Below, one piece after another: positions 47,861 to 57,800 of a stretch of DNA of 64,000 bases. The stretch comes from a bacterium (GTDB lineage Bacteria > Krumholzibacteriota > Krumholzibacteriia > G020349025). The position numbers and the translations under genes were made by a program. A model generated the notes under the pieces. It did not search any database. It worked only from the letters and a program-made list of their open reading frames with translations, and was not told where the DNA came from. Every line of letters begins with the position of its first letter. The stretch's first letter is position 1. The stretch covers positions 1 through 64,000 of the forward strand of contig JANLSU010000054.1 of assembly GCA_031362565.1 (NCBI GenBank). The letters are read 5' to 3'.

Positions 47861-49182
47861 TGCAGCGGCGAGTGCGTCGCGGGGCGGCGGTCGCGGCGCT
47901 AGCGTCGGCACTGCTGGTTTGCGGGACACTCGTTACCGGATGCCGTGAAGACAGCAACTCGCTGCAGCTTTGGGCCATGGGGCGCGAGGGTGAAGTCGTG
48001 CAGGAACTCGTGCACGACTTCGAACGCCTGCATCCAGGCATCCACGTGCGGGTGCAGCAGATTCCATGGTCGGCGGCGCATGAGAAACTGCTGACGGCGT
48101 ACGTCGGGCGATCGACACCGGATGTGGCCCAGCTCGGCAACACGTGGGTGTCGGAGTTCTCGGCGCTGAACGCCCTCGAGCCGCTCGACCCATGGGTCGC
48201 GCGCTCGACCACAGTCGCGCGTACGGACTTCTTCGACGGCATTTGGGATACCAACGTCATCGACAACGTGCTGTATGGCGTGCCGTGGTACGTCGATACG
48301 CGCGTTCTCTTCTATCGCAAGGATCTACTGACCAAGGCCGGCTGGGATTCCTTGCCGTCCACGTGGCCCGAGTGGAAGCGCGCCATGCAGGCCGTAAAGC
48401 GAGCCGCGGGACCAGGCAAGTTTGCGATCTTGTTGCCGGTGAACGAGTGGCCTCCGGCCATCATCCTGGGTCTGCAGGCGGGTTCCAAGTTGTTGCGCGA
48501 CAGCGACACGCGCGGTGCCTTCTCCGAGCCGGAGTTTCGCACCGCCTTCGATTTCTACCTGGATCTCTTCCGGAGCGGCCTCGCGCCGCCCGTCACCAAC
48601 AACGACATCGCCAACGTCTACAACGAATTCGCCAAGGGCTATTTCTCGATGTACATCACCGGGCCGTGGAACTTGGGAGAATTCGCGCGGCGTCTGCCGC
48701 CCGAGCTGCAGAATGCCTGGGCCACGGCGCCGATCCCGGGAATGGACGCGGCACACCCCGGCGTTTCGTTGGCAGGCGGATCGAGTCTGGTTCTGTTCCG
48801 CAGCTCGCACCGCAAAGAGGCGGCCTGGCAACTCGTCGAGTACTTGTCACAGCCCGAAGTGCAGTTGCGCTTCTACCGCTCGGTCGGCGATCTGCCGGCG
48901 CGTGTCGAAGCCTGGCGCGACACGTCGCTCTCGGGCGATGCGCGCATCCGCGCTTTTGGGAAGCAACTCGAACACGTCGTCTCGACGCCCAAGATTCCGG
49001 AGTGGGAATTGATCACGACTCGCGTTCAGGAGCGCACCGAACTCGCGGTGCGCGGCGGGGCTTCGGCGGATTCGGCGCTGGCTCTCCTGGACCGTGACGT
49101 GAATCGAATGCTGGAGAAACGCCGCTGGCTCATCCAGCGCGCGCATGCCGCGGCGCACACTGCCGGCGCAGGAGGGCCATGA
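47860..49182 (+). CDS. Sugar ABC transporter substrate-binding lipoprotein
   Basis: TGATG overlap; LVTGC lipobox; PDVAQLG, YGVPWYVD, LFYRKD, GPW. Confidence 0.93.
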   Translation: MQRRVRRGAAVAALASALLVCGTLVTGCREDSNSLQLWAMGREGEVVQELVHDFERLHPGIHVRVQQIPWSAAHEKLLTAYVGRSTPDVAQLGNTWVSEFSALNALEPLDPWVARSTTVARTDFFDGIWDTNVIDNVLYGVPWYVDTRVLFYRKDLLTKAGWDSLPSTWPEWKRAMQAVKRAAGPGKFAILLPVNEWPPAIILGLQAGSKLLRDSDTRGAFSEPEFRTAFDFYLDLFRSGLAPPVTNNDIANVYNEFAKGYFSMYITGPWNLGEFARRLPPELQNAWATAPIPGMDAAHPGVSLAGGSSLVLFRSSHRKEAAWQLVEYLSQPEVQLRFYRSVGDLPARVEAWRDTSLSGDARIRAFGKQLEHVVSTPKIPEWELITTRVQERTELAVRGGASADSALALLDRDVNRMLEKRRWLIQRAHAAAHTAGAGGP

Positions 49183-50069
49183 GGAACGCCCTCGAACGCC
49201 AGCAGTCGCGCGCCGCGTGGTTCTTCGTGGGACCGGCGTTGACGCTCATCGCGGTGTTTTTCTTCATCCCGGTGCTGGGCGGGTTTGTGCTCAGCCTGAC
49301 GGATTTCGATTTATATGCGGTTGGAGCGCCGGGCACGGCGCGCTTCGTCGGCTTGCGGAACTACGTGCAAACGATTTCGAACCCGCTCTTCCTGGGGGCG
49401 CTGCGCAACACGTTCTATTTTGTATTGGTGGGCGGGCCGCTGTCGGTCTTGGCGTCGCTCTTGTCGGCTTTGCTCTTGAGTTCGAAGCTGGTGCGGGGGC
49501 GCGCCTTGTTTCGCACCGTGTACTTCGCGCCGCAGGTGACGGCACTCGTTGCCGTCGCCATTGTCTGGCGCTACATGTATCACCCGCGCTACGGGCTTCT
49601 CAATCATTTGCTGGGTGTCTTTCACATTGCGCCGATCGACTGGTTGGGCAATCCGCATTGGGCGATGCCGGCCATTATCTTGCTCGCGGTGTGGAAGAAC
49701 TTCGGCTACAACATGCTCATCTTTGTCGCCGGCCTGCAGAGCATTCCCGAAGAGTTGTACGAAGCGGCGGCCGTTGATGGCGCGAGCCCGTGGCATCGCT
49801 TCGTACACGTGACCTTGCCAGGGCTTGCGCCGACTTTCTTGTTCGTCGGCATCACGACCATGATCGGGCAGTTCCAGCTCTTCTCGGAGCCGTATGTCAT
49901 GACCCAGGGCGGGCCGCTCCGCGCTACGACCAGCTTGGTCCTCCTCATGTACGAAGAAGGCTTCCGGTGGTGGCGCATGGGCGTCGCCGCCACCATTGCG
50001 TTCATTCTGTTCGCGATCACGCTGGCGGGAACTCTGCTGCAGATGCGCCTGCAGGCGAGGCACAAATGA
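49179..50069 (+). CDS. Sugar ABC permease (MalF-like)
   Basis: FVGLRNY, EAA loop ELYEAAAVDGA, multiple TM helices. Confidence 0.95.
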   Translation: MRNALERQQSRAAWFFVGPALTLIAVFFFIPVLGGFVLSLTDFDLYAVGAPGTARFVGLRNYVQTISNPLFLGALRNTFYFVLVGGPLSVLASLLSALLLSSKLVRGRALFRTVYFAPQVTALVAVAIVWRYMYHPRYGLLNHLLGVFHIAPIDWLGNPHWAMPAIILLAVWKNFGYNMLIFVAGLQSIPEELYEAAAVDGASPWHRFVHVTLPGLAPTFLFVGITTMIGQFQLFSEPYVMTQGGPLRATTSLVLLMYEEGFRWWRMGVAATIAFILFAITLAGTLLQMRLQARHK

Positions 50070-50890
50070 AGCGCCCGAGCGGCCGGTCGATCGTCCTGCA
50101 TGTGGTGCTGGCAATCGGCGCCTTGGCGACCGCGGCGCCGCTCCTGTGGATGGTTTCGGCGTCGTTGATGGCGCCAGGTGAAGCGACGACGGTGCCAATC
50201 CGGCTCGTGCCGCATCACGTGACGTTCGAGCACTATGTCGCGCTCTTTACGCGCCTCAGCCTGGCGCGCCACTTCCTGAGCAGCGTGATCGTGACCGTGT
50301 CGGCGACGATCCTTTCGGTGCTGATCAATGGCTTCGCGGGCTACGCTTTTGCCAAGCTGCATTTCCGCGGCCGTGACCGGTTGTTCCGGACGCTGACACT
50401 GGCGCTTGTCATCCCGGCGCAAGTCGGCATGCTGCCGCTCTTTCTCATGCTGCGCGAGTTGGGGTTCGTGAACACGTACGCGGGCGTCATCATTCCGTAT
50501 TTGGGCAGCGTCATCGGCATCTTCATGATTCGCCAGTACGTGCTTGGCGTGCCGGACGACTTGCTGCACGCCGCCCGGATCGATGGCGCCGGTGAACTGC
50601 GGATCTTCTGGACCGTCGTCGTGCCCGTTATCCGCCCGATCCTGGTGACGCTTGCAACCTTCATTTTCCTGAGTGCTTGGAACGACTTTATGTGGCCGCT
50701 CATCATTCTGAGCGATGATCGCAACTACACCTTGCCGGTGGCACTCGCGAATTTGGTGGGCGAGCACGTGCTGGACATCGAACTCATGATGGCGGGCTCG
50801 GTGCTCACTATTCTGCCGGCCATGGTGGTCTTCATGACCTTCCAACGGGCCTACGTACGCGGCATTTTGGCCGGCAGCGTCAAGGGCTGA
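50066..50890 (+). CDS. Sugar ABC permease (MalG-like)
   Basis: ATGA overlap; AGYAFAKL, AARIDGA, WNDFMWP. Confidence 0.95.
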   Translation: MKRPSGRSIVLHVVLAIGALATAAPLLWMVSASLMAPGEATTVPIRLVPHHVTFEHYVALFTRLSLARHFLSSVIVTVSATILSVLINGFAGYAFAKLHFRGRDRLFRTLTLALVIPAQVGMLPLFLMLRELGFVNTYAGVIIPYLGSVIGIFMIRQYVLGVPDDLLHAARIDGAGELRIFWTVVVPVIRPILVTLATFIFLSAWNDFMWPLIILSDDRNYTLPVALANLVGEHVLDIELMMAGSVLTILPAMVVFMTFQRAYVRGILAGSVKG

Positions 50891-50896
50891 CACGTG

Positions 50897-53800
50897 ATGA
50901 ATCGTTCCTATCTTGCGCCCTTGATGGTCCTGGCCGCTCTCGTGTCAACCACGAGCCACGCCGAGCCAACTCATATCATCGACGATTTCGAAAGCGTGAG
51001 CGCGTGGTCGGCCCATCCGGCGGACGGCGTGCAGCTCGATCTCGGATCGGCACCCGGAGCGCACGGGCGCGCCTTGGCGATGAACTTCCGCTTCACGGGC
51101 GGCGGCTACGCCATCGCACGCCGCCAAGTCGACTTGGATCTGCCGGCCAACTACGCCTTCTCCTTTCGGATTCGTGGTGACTCCCCTGTCAACACGCTCG
51201 AGTTCAAGCTCATCGACTCGACAAATGAGAACGTTTGGTGGTGCGTGCACCGCGACTTCACGTTTCCCAAGACGTGGCAGCCGATTGTCATCAAGAAACG
51301 CCACATCCAGTTCGCGTGGGGGCCGGTGAACGGCGGCGAGATCAAGCATGTGGCGGCGATCGAGATCGTGGTGACGGCGAGCCAGGGCGGCGGCGGCACT
51401 GTGTGGATCGATGACTTCGAGTTGCGGCCGTTGCCGGCGACGGATGCGACGCCTGCGACGCCGGTGGCGAGCGCCTCGGCGTCGGCTGCGGGCAGCGAAG
51501 CCGGATTCACCCTCGACGGCAATCCACAGACGGCTTGGCAAGCACCGGGCGGCGCGGCACACGCGGCGATCACCCTCGATTTCCAAGCGATGCGCGAGTA
51601 CGGCGGCCTGACGCTGCAGTGGCAGCCCGGGCGGCATGCAACAGAGTATGTAGTCGAGAGCTCGGAGAACGGCGCGGAGTGGGCGATTGCGCGCCATGTG
51701 CGTGGTGCGAACGGCGGCCGCGATGATCTATTTCTGCCCGAATCCGAGGCGCGGTATGTGCGCCTGCGAGTCGTCAAAGCGGCCTCGGCGGCGGGGATCG
51801 GGCTGGCGGAGATCGTCATGCGGCCGCTCGCGTGGTCAGCATCGCGCAATGCGTTCTTTCAATCCATTGCGTCGGACGCAGCGCGCGGATTGTATCCGCG
51901 CGCGACTGGCGGCGAGCAGCCATACTGGACCGTCGTCGGTGTCGACAACGACACACGCGAGGCACTGCTCGACGAAGACGGCCGCCTCGAGACGGGTATC
52001 GGGCGTTTCGCGATCGAACCGTTCCTGTTCACGGCCGGTCGCTTGATCACCTGGCACGATGCCGAAACCGAGCAGACGCTCAGCAACGGCGTGCTCCCCA
52101 TCCCAACGGTGCGCTGGTGTGCGGGAGACTTGACGCTTGCCGTGACCGCCCTTGGAGTGGGCGCGCCGGAATCGTCATCCGTCGTCGCGCGCTATCGCAT
52201 CACGAATCACGGCAGCGGACAGGCACGCGGCGCTCTCTTTCTCGCGGCGCGGCCGTTCCAAGTCAATCCGCCGGCGCAGTTTTTGAACACGACGGGCGGT
52301 TTTGCGCCGATCCGCAGCCTCGACGTCGCGGGACGCACGCTGCGCGTCAACGGCGAGCCGGCAGTCGTCGCGTTGACGCGCCCCCGGGCGTTTGGTGCGA
52401 CGACGTTCGACGGCGGCGACATCGCCGCCGATTACTTGAGCGCCGGCCGGTTGCCGAAGGCGACACGTGTTGTCGACGACCTCGAAGCAGCATCGGGTGC
52501 CTGTGAGTACCCCTTCGATCTCGCACCGGGCGCGGAGCGAGTCGTTGACATCCTCGTGCCGCTCCACGGCAAGGCCTCCATGCGCTTGGCGGCAGGCGCT
52601 CGATCGCCGGCTTGGGTCGACGCGCAACTCGAGCGCTGCCGGCAAGCGTGGGATGAGAAGACCGGCCGCGTCACGATTCGCTTGCCGGAGTCCGCCGGCC
52701 CGGTCGTTGAAACGCTCCGGAGTCAGATCGGCGACATCCTGGTCAATCGCGCCGGGCCCGCGATTCAGCCAGGGACGCGCTCGTACGCACGGTCCTGGAT
52801 TCGCGATGGCGCACTCACCTCGACGGCGCTCCTGCGCTGCGGGCACGAACAGGCCGTGCGCGAGTTCATCGAGTGGTTCGCGCCGCATCAATACCCCAGC
52901 GGCAAGATTCCGTGCGTCGTAGACCATCGCGGCGCCGACCCAGTGCCCGAGCACGACAGCTGCGGCGAGTTTATTTATTTGGTATGTGAGTACTACCGGT
53001 TCACGAATGACCGCGGGCTCGCTGAACGAATGTTCCCGCGCGTGCTCGCAGCAGCCACGTACTTGGATTCGTTACGCCAGCAACGGCGCACGAAGGAATT
53101 CCAAGCACCGGACACGAAGCACTTCTTCGGCCTCTTGCCGCCGTCGATCAGCCACGAGGGCTATTCGGCCAAGCCCATGCACTCGTACTGGGACGATTTC
53201 TGGGCCGTACGCGGCTTCCGCGACGCGGCGTTTTTGGCCGGCGAACTCGATCACCCCGCAGCGCAAATACAGTTGGAAGCATCCGCCACCGAGTTCGAAG
53301 AGGATGTCGCCGCTTCGGTGCAGGCGGCTGGGATCGTGCACAAGATCGACTATGTGCCCGGCTGCGCTGATTTGGGTGACTTCGATGCGACGTCGACGAC
53401 GATCGCCCTGTCGCCCACCGGCGCCGCCGCGCTTCTGCCGCGCGCCGTCGTCGAGCGTACGTTCGAGAAATACAATGAGTTCTTCACTGCGCGTCGCAAT
53501 GGCGCGCCGTGGGATGCCTTCACGCCGTATGAGATCCGCAACCTCGGCGCCTACGTGCACTTGGGCTGGCGCGATCGCGCCCAGGACTTACTTGCCTATT
53601 TCCTGGGAACGCAGCGCCCGACCGGCTGGCGGCAGTGGCCGGAAGTCGTCTGGCAGGACCTACGCGCACCGCATTTCCTAGGCGACCTGCCGCACACCTG
53701 GGTGGGTTCGGACTACATCCGCTCGGTGCTGGACATGCTGGCCTACGAACGCGAGTCGGACGATGCGCTCGTCGTCGCTGCCGGAGTACCGACAAGTTGG

Positions 53801-54064
53801 TTGCGGGGTTCCGGGGTCGACGTGCACGACCTCAGAACGCGCTACGGCAAGCTCAGCTACACGCTGCAGAGCGAGCAAGGTGCGATCGTCCTGCACATCG
53901 ATGCCGGCCTGCGTGTCCCCGAGGGCGGTATCGCCATCCGCGCCCCGCTGCCGACGAACGCCGCGCACGCCACAATCGACGGCAAACCCGCCACAGCGAA
54001 CCCTGACGGCGAATTCATCGTGCGCACTCTCCCAGCGACAGTAACCATCACGCCTTCCCGCTGA
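50897..54064 (+). CDS. Secreted CBM-like + discoidin (F5/8C) + (alpha/alpha)6 glycoside-hydrolase-like protein
   Basis: Signal peptide; LDGNPQTAW...LDF...ARYVRL discoidin motif; YARSWIRDG, EHDS.GE, SHEGY, YWDD, WPE, PHTW in the catalytic-type region. Confidence 0.85.
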   Translation: MNRSYLAPLMVLAALVSTTSHAEPTHIIDDFESVSAWSAHPADGVQLDLGSAPGAHGRALAMNFRFTGGGYAIARRQVDLDLPANYAFSFRIRGDSPVNTLEFKLIDSTNENVWWCVHRDFTFPKTWQPIVIKKRHIQFAWGPVNGGEIKHVAAIEIVVTASQGGGGTVWIDDFELRPLPATDATPATPVASASASAAGSEAGFTLDGNPQTAWQAPGGAAHAAITLDFQAMREYGGLTLQWQPGRHATEYVVESSENGAEWAIARHVRGANGGRDDLFLPESEARYVRLRVVKAASAAGIGLAEIVMRPLAWSASRNAFFQSIASDAARGLYPRATGGEQPYWTVVGVDNDTREALLDEDGRLETGIGRFAIEPFLFTAGRLITWHDAETEQTLSNGVLPIPTVRWCAGDLTLAVTALGVGAPESSSVVARYRITNHGSGQARGALFLAARPFQVNPPAQFLNTTGGFAPIRSLDVAGRTLRVNGEPAVVALTRPRAFGATTFDGGDIAADYLSAGRLPKATRVVDDLEAASGACEYPFDLAPGAERVVDILVPLHGKASMRLAAGARSPAWVDAQLERCRQAWDEKTGRVTIRLPESAGPVVETLRSQIGDILVNRAGPAIQPGTRSYARSWIRDGALTSTALLRCGHEQAVREFIEWFAPHQYPSGKIPCVVDHRGADPVPEHDSCGEFIYLVCEYYRFTNDRGLAERMFPRVLAAATYLDSLRQQRRTKEFQAPDTKHFFGLLPPSISHEGYSAKPMHSYWDDFWAVRGFRDAAFLAGELDHPAAQIQLEASATEFEEDVAASVQAAGIVHKIDYVPGCADLGDFDATSTTIALSPTGAAALLPRAVVERTFEKYNEFFTARRNGAPWDAFTPYEIRNLGAYVHLGWRDRAQDLLAYFLGTQRPTGWRQWPEVVWQDLRAPHFLGDLPHTWVGSDYIRSVLDMLAYERESDDALVVAAGVPTSWLRGSGVDVHDLRTRYGKLSYTLQSEQGAIVLHIDAGLRVPEGGIAIRAPLPTNAAHATIDGKPATANPDGEFIVRTLPATVTITPSR

Positions 54065-54065
54065 A

Positions 54066-54113
54066 ATGTGGGGCCGTGACGTCTGTACTTTGATCTGTCA
54101 TAATTCCCCACAT
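54066..54113 (+). promoter_or_regulatory. TA promoter framed by an inverted repeat; leaderless
   Basis: GTGACG-17 nt-CATAAT (with TGn extension)-7 nt-ATG; ATGTGGGG (54066-73) / CCCCACAT (54106-13) and inner GTGAC/GTCAT arms. Confidence 0.6.
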
Positions 54114-54333
54114 GAGTTCTCAACCTCTCGATATCAGTGGTTTGTCGCCGGAGGAGCAGCTCCGCCTCATTGAGCAACTGTGGGAGAGTCTCAGCCGCAA
54201 TCCAGAGCGCCTCCCACTGACGGAGGCTCAGCGACAAGAGCTCGACCGGCGCATTGCGGAGGCCGAGGCCGACGGTGGCACCGGCATTCCGTGGGACGAA
54301 GTGCAGCGCCGCATTCGGGAGCGCCGCCGGTGA
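54112..54333 (+). CDS. Addiction-module antitoxin (TIGR02574-like)
   Basis: LSPEEQLRLIEQLWESL...QRQELDRR...GIPWDEV; 73 aa. Confidence 0.92.
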   Translation: MSSQPLDISGLSPEEQLRLIEQLWESLSRNPERLPLTEAQRQELDRRIAEAEADGGTGIPWDEVQRRIRERRR

Positions 54334-54623
54334 GATCCCTCGAGCTTCGTCTCGCCGCGGTAGCGGACCTGGACGAAGCGCACTGGTGGTACGAAGGTCA
54401 GAAACCTGGCCTCGGCGATGAGTTTCTTGCGGCCATGTCCGAGTGTTTCGATTCCATCTGCGACCAGCCAGAGCAGTTTCCCATTGTTCATCGCGACCAG
54501 CGACGCGCGCTCGTTCATCGCTTTCCCTACCTGGTGTTCTTTCGCGCCCATTCCGAGTCGGTGGTCATTTTCGCGGTCTGTCACGCGGCGCGCGACCCCC
54601 GTCGTTGGCAAACGCGAGCATGA
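54330..54623 (+). CDS. Type II TA RelE/ParE-family toxin
   Basis: GTGA overlap; AVADLDEAHWWYE...GLGDEF...RRALVHRFPYLVFF...IFAVCHAARDP. Confidence 0.92.
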   Translation: MRSLELRLAAVADLDEAHWWYEGQKPGLGDEFLAAMSECFDSICDQPEQFPIVHRDQRRALVHRFPYLVFFRAHSESVVIFAVCHAARDPRRWQTRA

Positions 54624-54627
54624 TCTC

Positions 54628-54894
54628 TTATCGATAGAGGTGCTTGACCGCGCTCCAGTCGCTTGCACTGACCGCTTCGGCGTTCTCGCACACGGATAGA
54701 ATTACCGAATCCACTCCCGAATCATCTTCGACTGCGACTGCGATCCGGCCGTTGCGGATGGAATACAGAGCATTGAACGTCCCACCGGGAACTGGAAGCG
54801 CGTCAAGGTCGAGGCTGCGGTTCTTCCTGGGCGAATCCCAGTGGGTGGCGAACCGGCGGGCGTGGCCCTGAGAGGCTACCGGTAGATGTACGTC
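54628..54894 (-). pseudogene. Start-less 3' remnant of a secreted-protein gene ending ...SASDWSAVKHLYR*
   Basis: My translation gives 88 sense codons with no ATG, running from the helicase TAG to TAA at 54630-54628 and ending in a W-x-x-V-K-x-L-Y-R tail. It is absent from the ORF track. Confidence 0.6.
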
Positions 54895-57800
54895 CTACGG
54901 GATGAAGAGCCGGCCGCCGTTTCGTTGCACTAAGGCACCCTGTTGGACCATTTGCTCGATCTCGGCTTCGATGACGCGGCGGACGTCTTGGCCGGTGCGT
55001 TGGAAGCCGAGCATGCGGGCGACTTCGGTGATGGCGGCTTCGGGCTCGACGCCGACTTGATCGGCGACGACGCGGCGCAGGCCCCATTGCAGTTCCATCG
55101 GCGCGATCATGTCGGGCATTCGCAGCGTCAACGACACTGTCGCCGAGCGATCGCGCAATGGGTACTCGGGTTGCTCGCGGCGCATGTAGAAAGACCCGCG
55201 TGCGACGACCGCGCCGTCACGGAGCGCGCGCGCCAAACCATTCTGTGTCGCCGCTTGAATGCGCGATCCCGCGCGCTCGCGGCCGCAGACCATGGCATAG
55301 CGCCGCGCGATCTCGTCCTCGTGAATCGGTTCCTCGACCTCGATGATGCGCACCAGAATCGCGACGCGCCGCTGGAGCGGCACCTCGTGCGGCTCGACGC
55401 CGTGCGGTTCATGGAAATCGGCTTCGACGTAGGCCAGCACGGGAATGCGATCGTGCGTCAGCCGCTCCGTTGCTGCGCCGGACCCACCTCGACTCCTTGG
55501 TTCGACGTCGACGCTCTCCGTGGCATCGGCCTGCGGCGGTGCAGCCACCGGGAGCGCGACTGCCGCACGCGCCGCTTCGATCGCGGCGACCACGCGCCCC
55601 AGCTCCGCCTCCCGCCGGTGAAACCAATCCGTACTCCAGATCCGATGAATGCGCCATGCCCGATCCCGCAATACTTGCTCGCGCAGGCGATCGCGATCGC
55701 GTGCCGAGCGCGAACGATGATATGCGGCGCCGTCGCACTCGATTCCCAGTGTGTACACACCCGGCCGCTGCGGGTCGCCGATGGCCAGATCGACATAGAA
55801 GCCGGCGACGCCCACCTGGTAGCGCACGTCATAGCCGAGTCGCGCCAGCGCGCCGCCCACGTCGAGTTCGAAATCCGAGTCAGGGGCTTTGGCGGCGATT
55901 TCCGAACGATCGAGGATCCCGGTTGCGGCATAGTGCAGAAACGTCTTCAGGACCCGCACACCCACCGCGTCGCTGCGTTCGAGGTCGATATCCTCGGCGC
56001 CGATCGACGTGAACACTTCGCAACGGCGGCGCGCCCGGCTGATGAGCACGTTCAAGCGCCGCTCGCCACCGCTCGCCGACAAGGGGCCGAAGTTCATCGT
56101 GAAGGAGCCCTGCGCATCGTGCCCGTAGCCCACCGAGATCAAAATCACGTCGCGCTCGTCGCCCTGAATCGATTCCAAGTTCTTGACGAAGAAAGGCTCG
56201 TCCGCGTCCGGGTCGAAGAACTCCTCCAGGTCGGCCCGGCCCCGCAGCGCGACTTCCAGTTCATCCAGAATCGCATCGCGCTGCGCGACTGAAAACGTGC
56301 CGACTCCTAGAGACATGCCCGCCGGGAACCGCGCCGAGCGTTGGTACTGTTCCGCATGCTCGATTGCCGCCCGCACGACCGCCTGTGCTTCGATACGGTT
56401 CGTTGCACTGTGCCCGCGGTCATACACGCCTGCAATACGATGCAGCCGGAGCCCCAAGTCCTCGCTAGTCGCGCTCGGCACGATAAAGAGTTTTTTGTAG
56501 AACTCCAAATTCGAGACCGCTATGAGCGACTCGTGCTGGCTTCGGTAGTGCCAACGCAGCATGCGCGCCGGAATGCCCTGCGCCAAGCTGAGTCCCAGAA
56601 TACTCTCGACATCCGTGACCTGGAAGTCCTCGTCCTCCGCCGCTTCGCCGTCGTCCCCCGCCACCCGGTCGAAGAACGACGTCGGCGGCAATTGTTTTTC
56701 GTCGCCGACGACGACCATCTGACGGCCGCGTGCCACGGCGCCCAAAGCTTCGACGGGCCGCACTTGGCTCGCTTCGTCCATCACGATGAGGTCGAATTCC
56801 AGCGCCCCCGGCTCGACGTACTGTGCCAAGGACATCGGTGACATCATCCACACCGGCTTGATGTGCTGCATGGCGTGGCCGGCTTGCTGAATCAGTTTGC
56901 GAAGCGGCAGGTGGCGCATCTTCTTTTGCCACTCGTGCATGAGCACGCCCATCTCGCCGATCTCGGCCGTGCCCTGGGGCAGGTTGCGTGCATGCTGGTC
57001 GATGGTCTCCTGCCGCGCGAGCGCCATGCGGGCGCGATCGAGCGCCTTGAACTGATCCACGACGTGATCGTGAGCCCGGCCGTCGAAGCCTTGCAACTCG
57101 GGGAACTGCGCCAAGGCTTGCTGGACCAGCGCCTCGTGGCACGCGTAGCGGAAGAAATCGGCAAGGTGCGCCGGGGCAACGTGCCCAGCCGCGAGCTGCT
57201 CGACCGGCGCAGCAAGATCGACGGCGCGCGCGTCGTGGCTCCAGACCAGCCAGTCGCTCCAGGCGCGGAGCGCGGCGGGCGAAGCGGCTTGGGCCTGCAA
57301 ACGTGCGAGCAAGGCATCGACCGGCACGGCGTCGAGCGCCGGCGAGCCGAACGCCACGCTACAGTCGAACGCCAACTGCTCGCAGTACGCCGCGAGCGCC
57401 GTGAACACGCTCTCCAGATTCTGGCCGAAGAGCACCGTCTCGCGCCCAAACTCCGGCAGGTTCTCGATCGCTGCAAGCCACGCATGCCAGACTTCGGGCA
57501 CGCCCGCGTCCTGCGTTGCCTGCTCCCACGCCTCGATCGCGACCAGTTGATCCCAATCGGACTCGTCGCCGCGCCATGCCGTCCCGAACGCCGTGCGCCC
57601 GAGTGCATCGGCGGCACGAATCGAGTCGCGCGACATTCGTCCCACCGCGAGCGAGTCGAGAAGCTCCAGTTTGTCGGCGAGCGATTGCGGCGGCGCACCG
57701 GCGCAGAGTGCCGCCAGATCGCGCACCGAACGCCGATAGGTTCCGCCAAGGCGCCGGAACCACGAGGCACCATCCCGCGCCAGCACTTTTCGGAGCGCCG

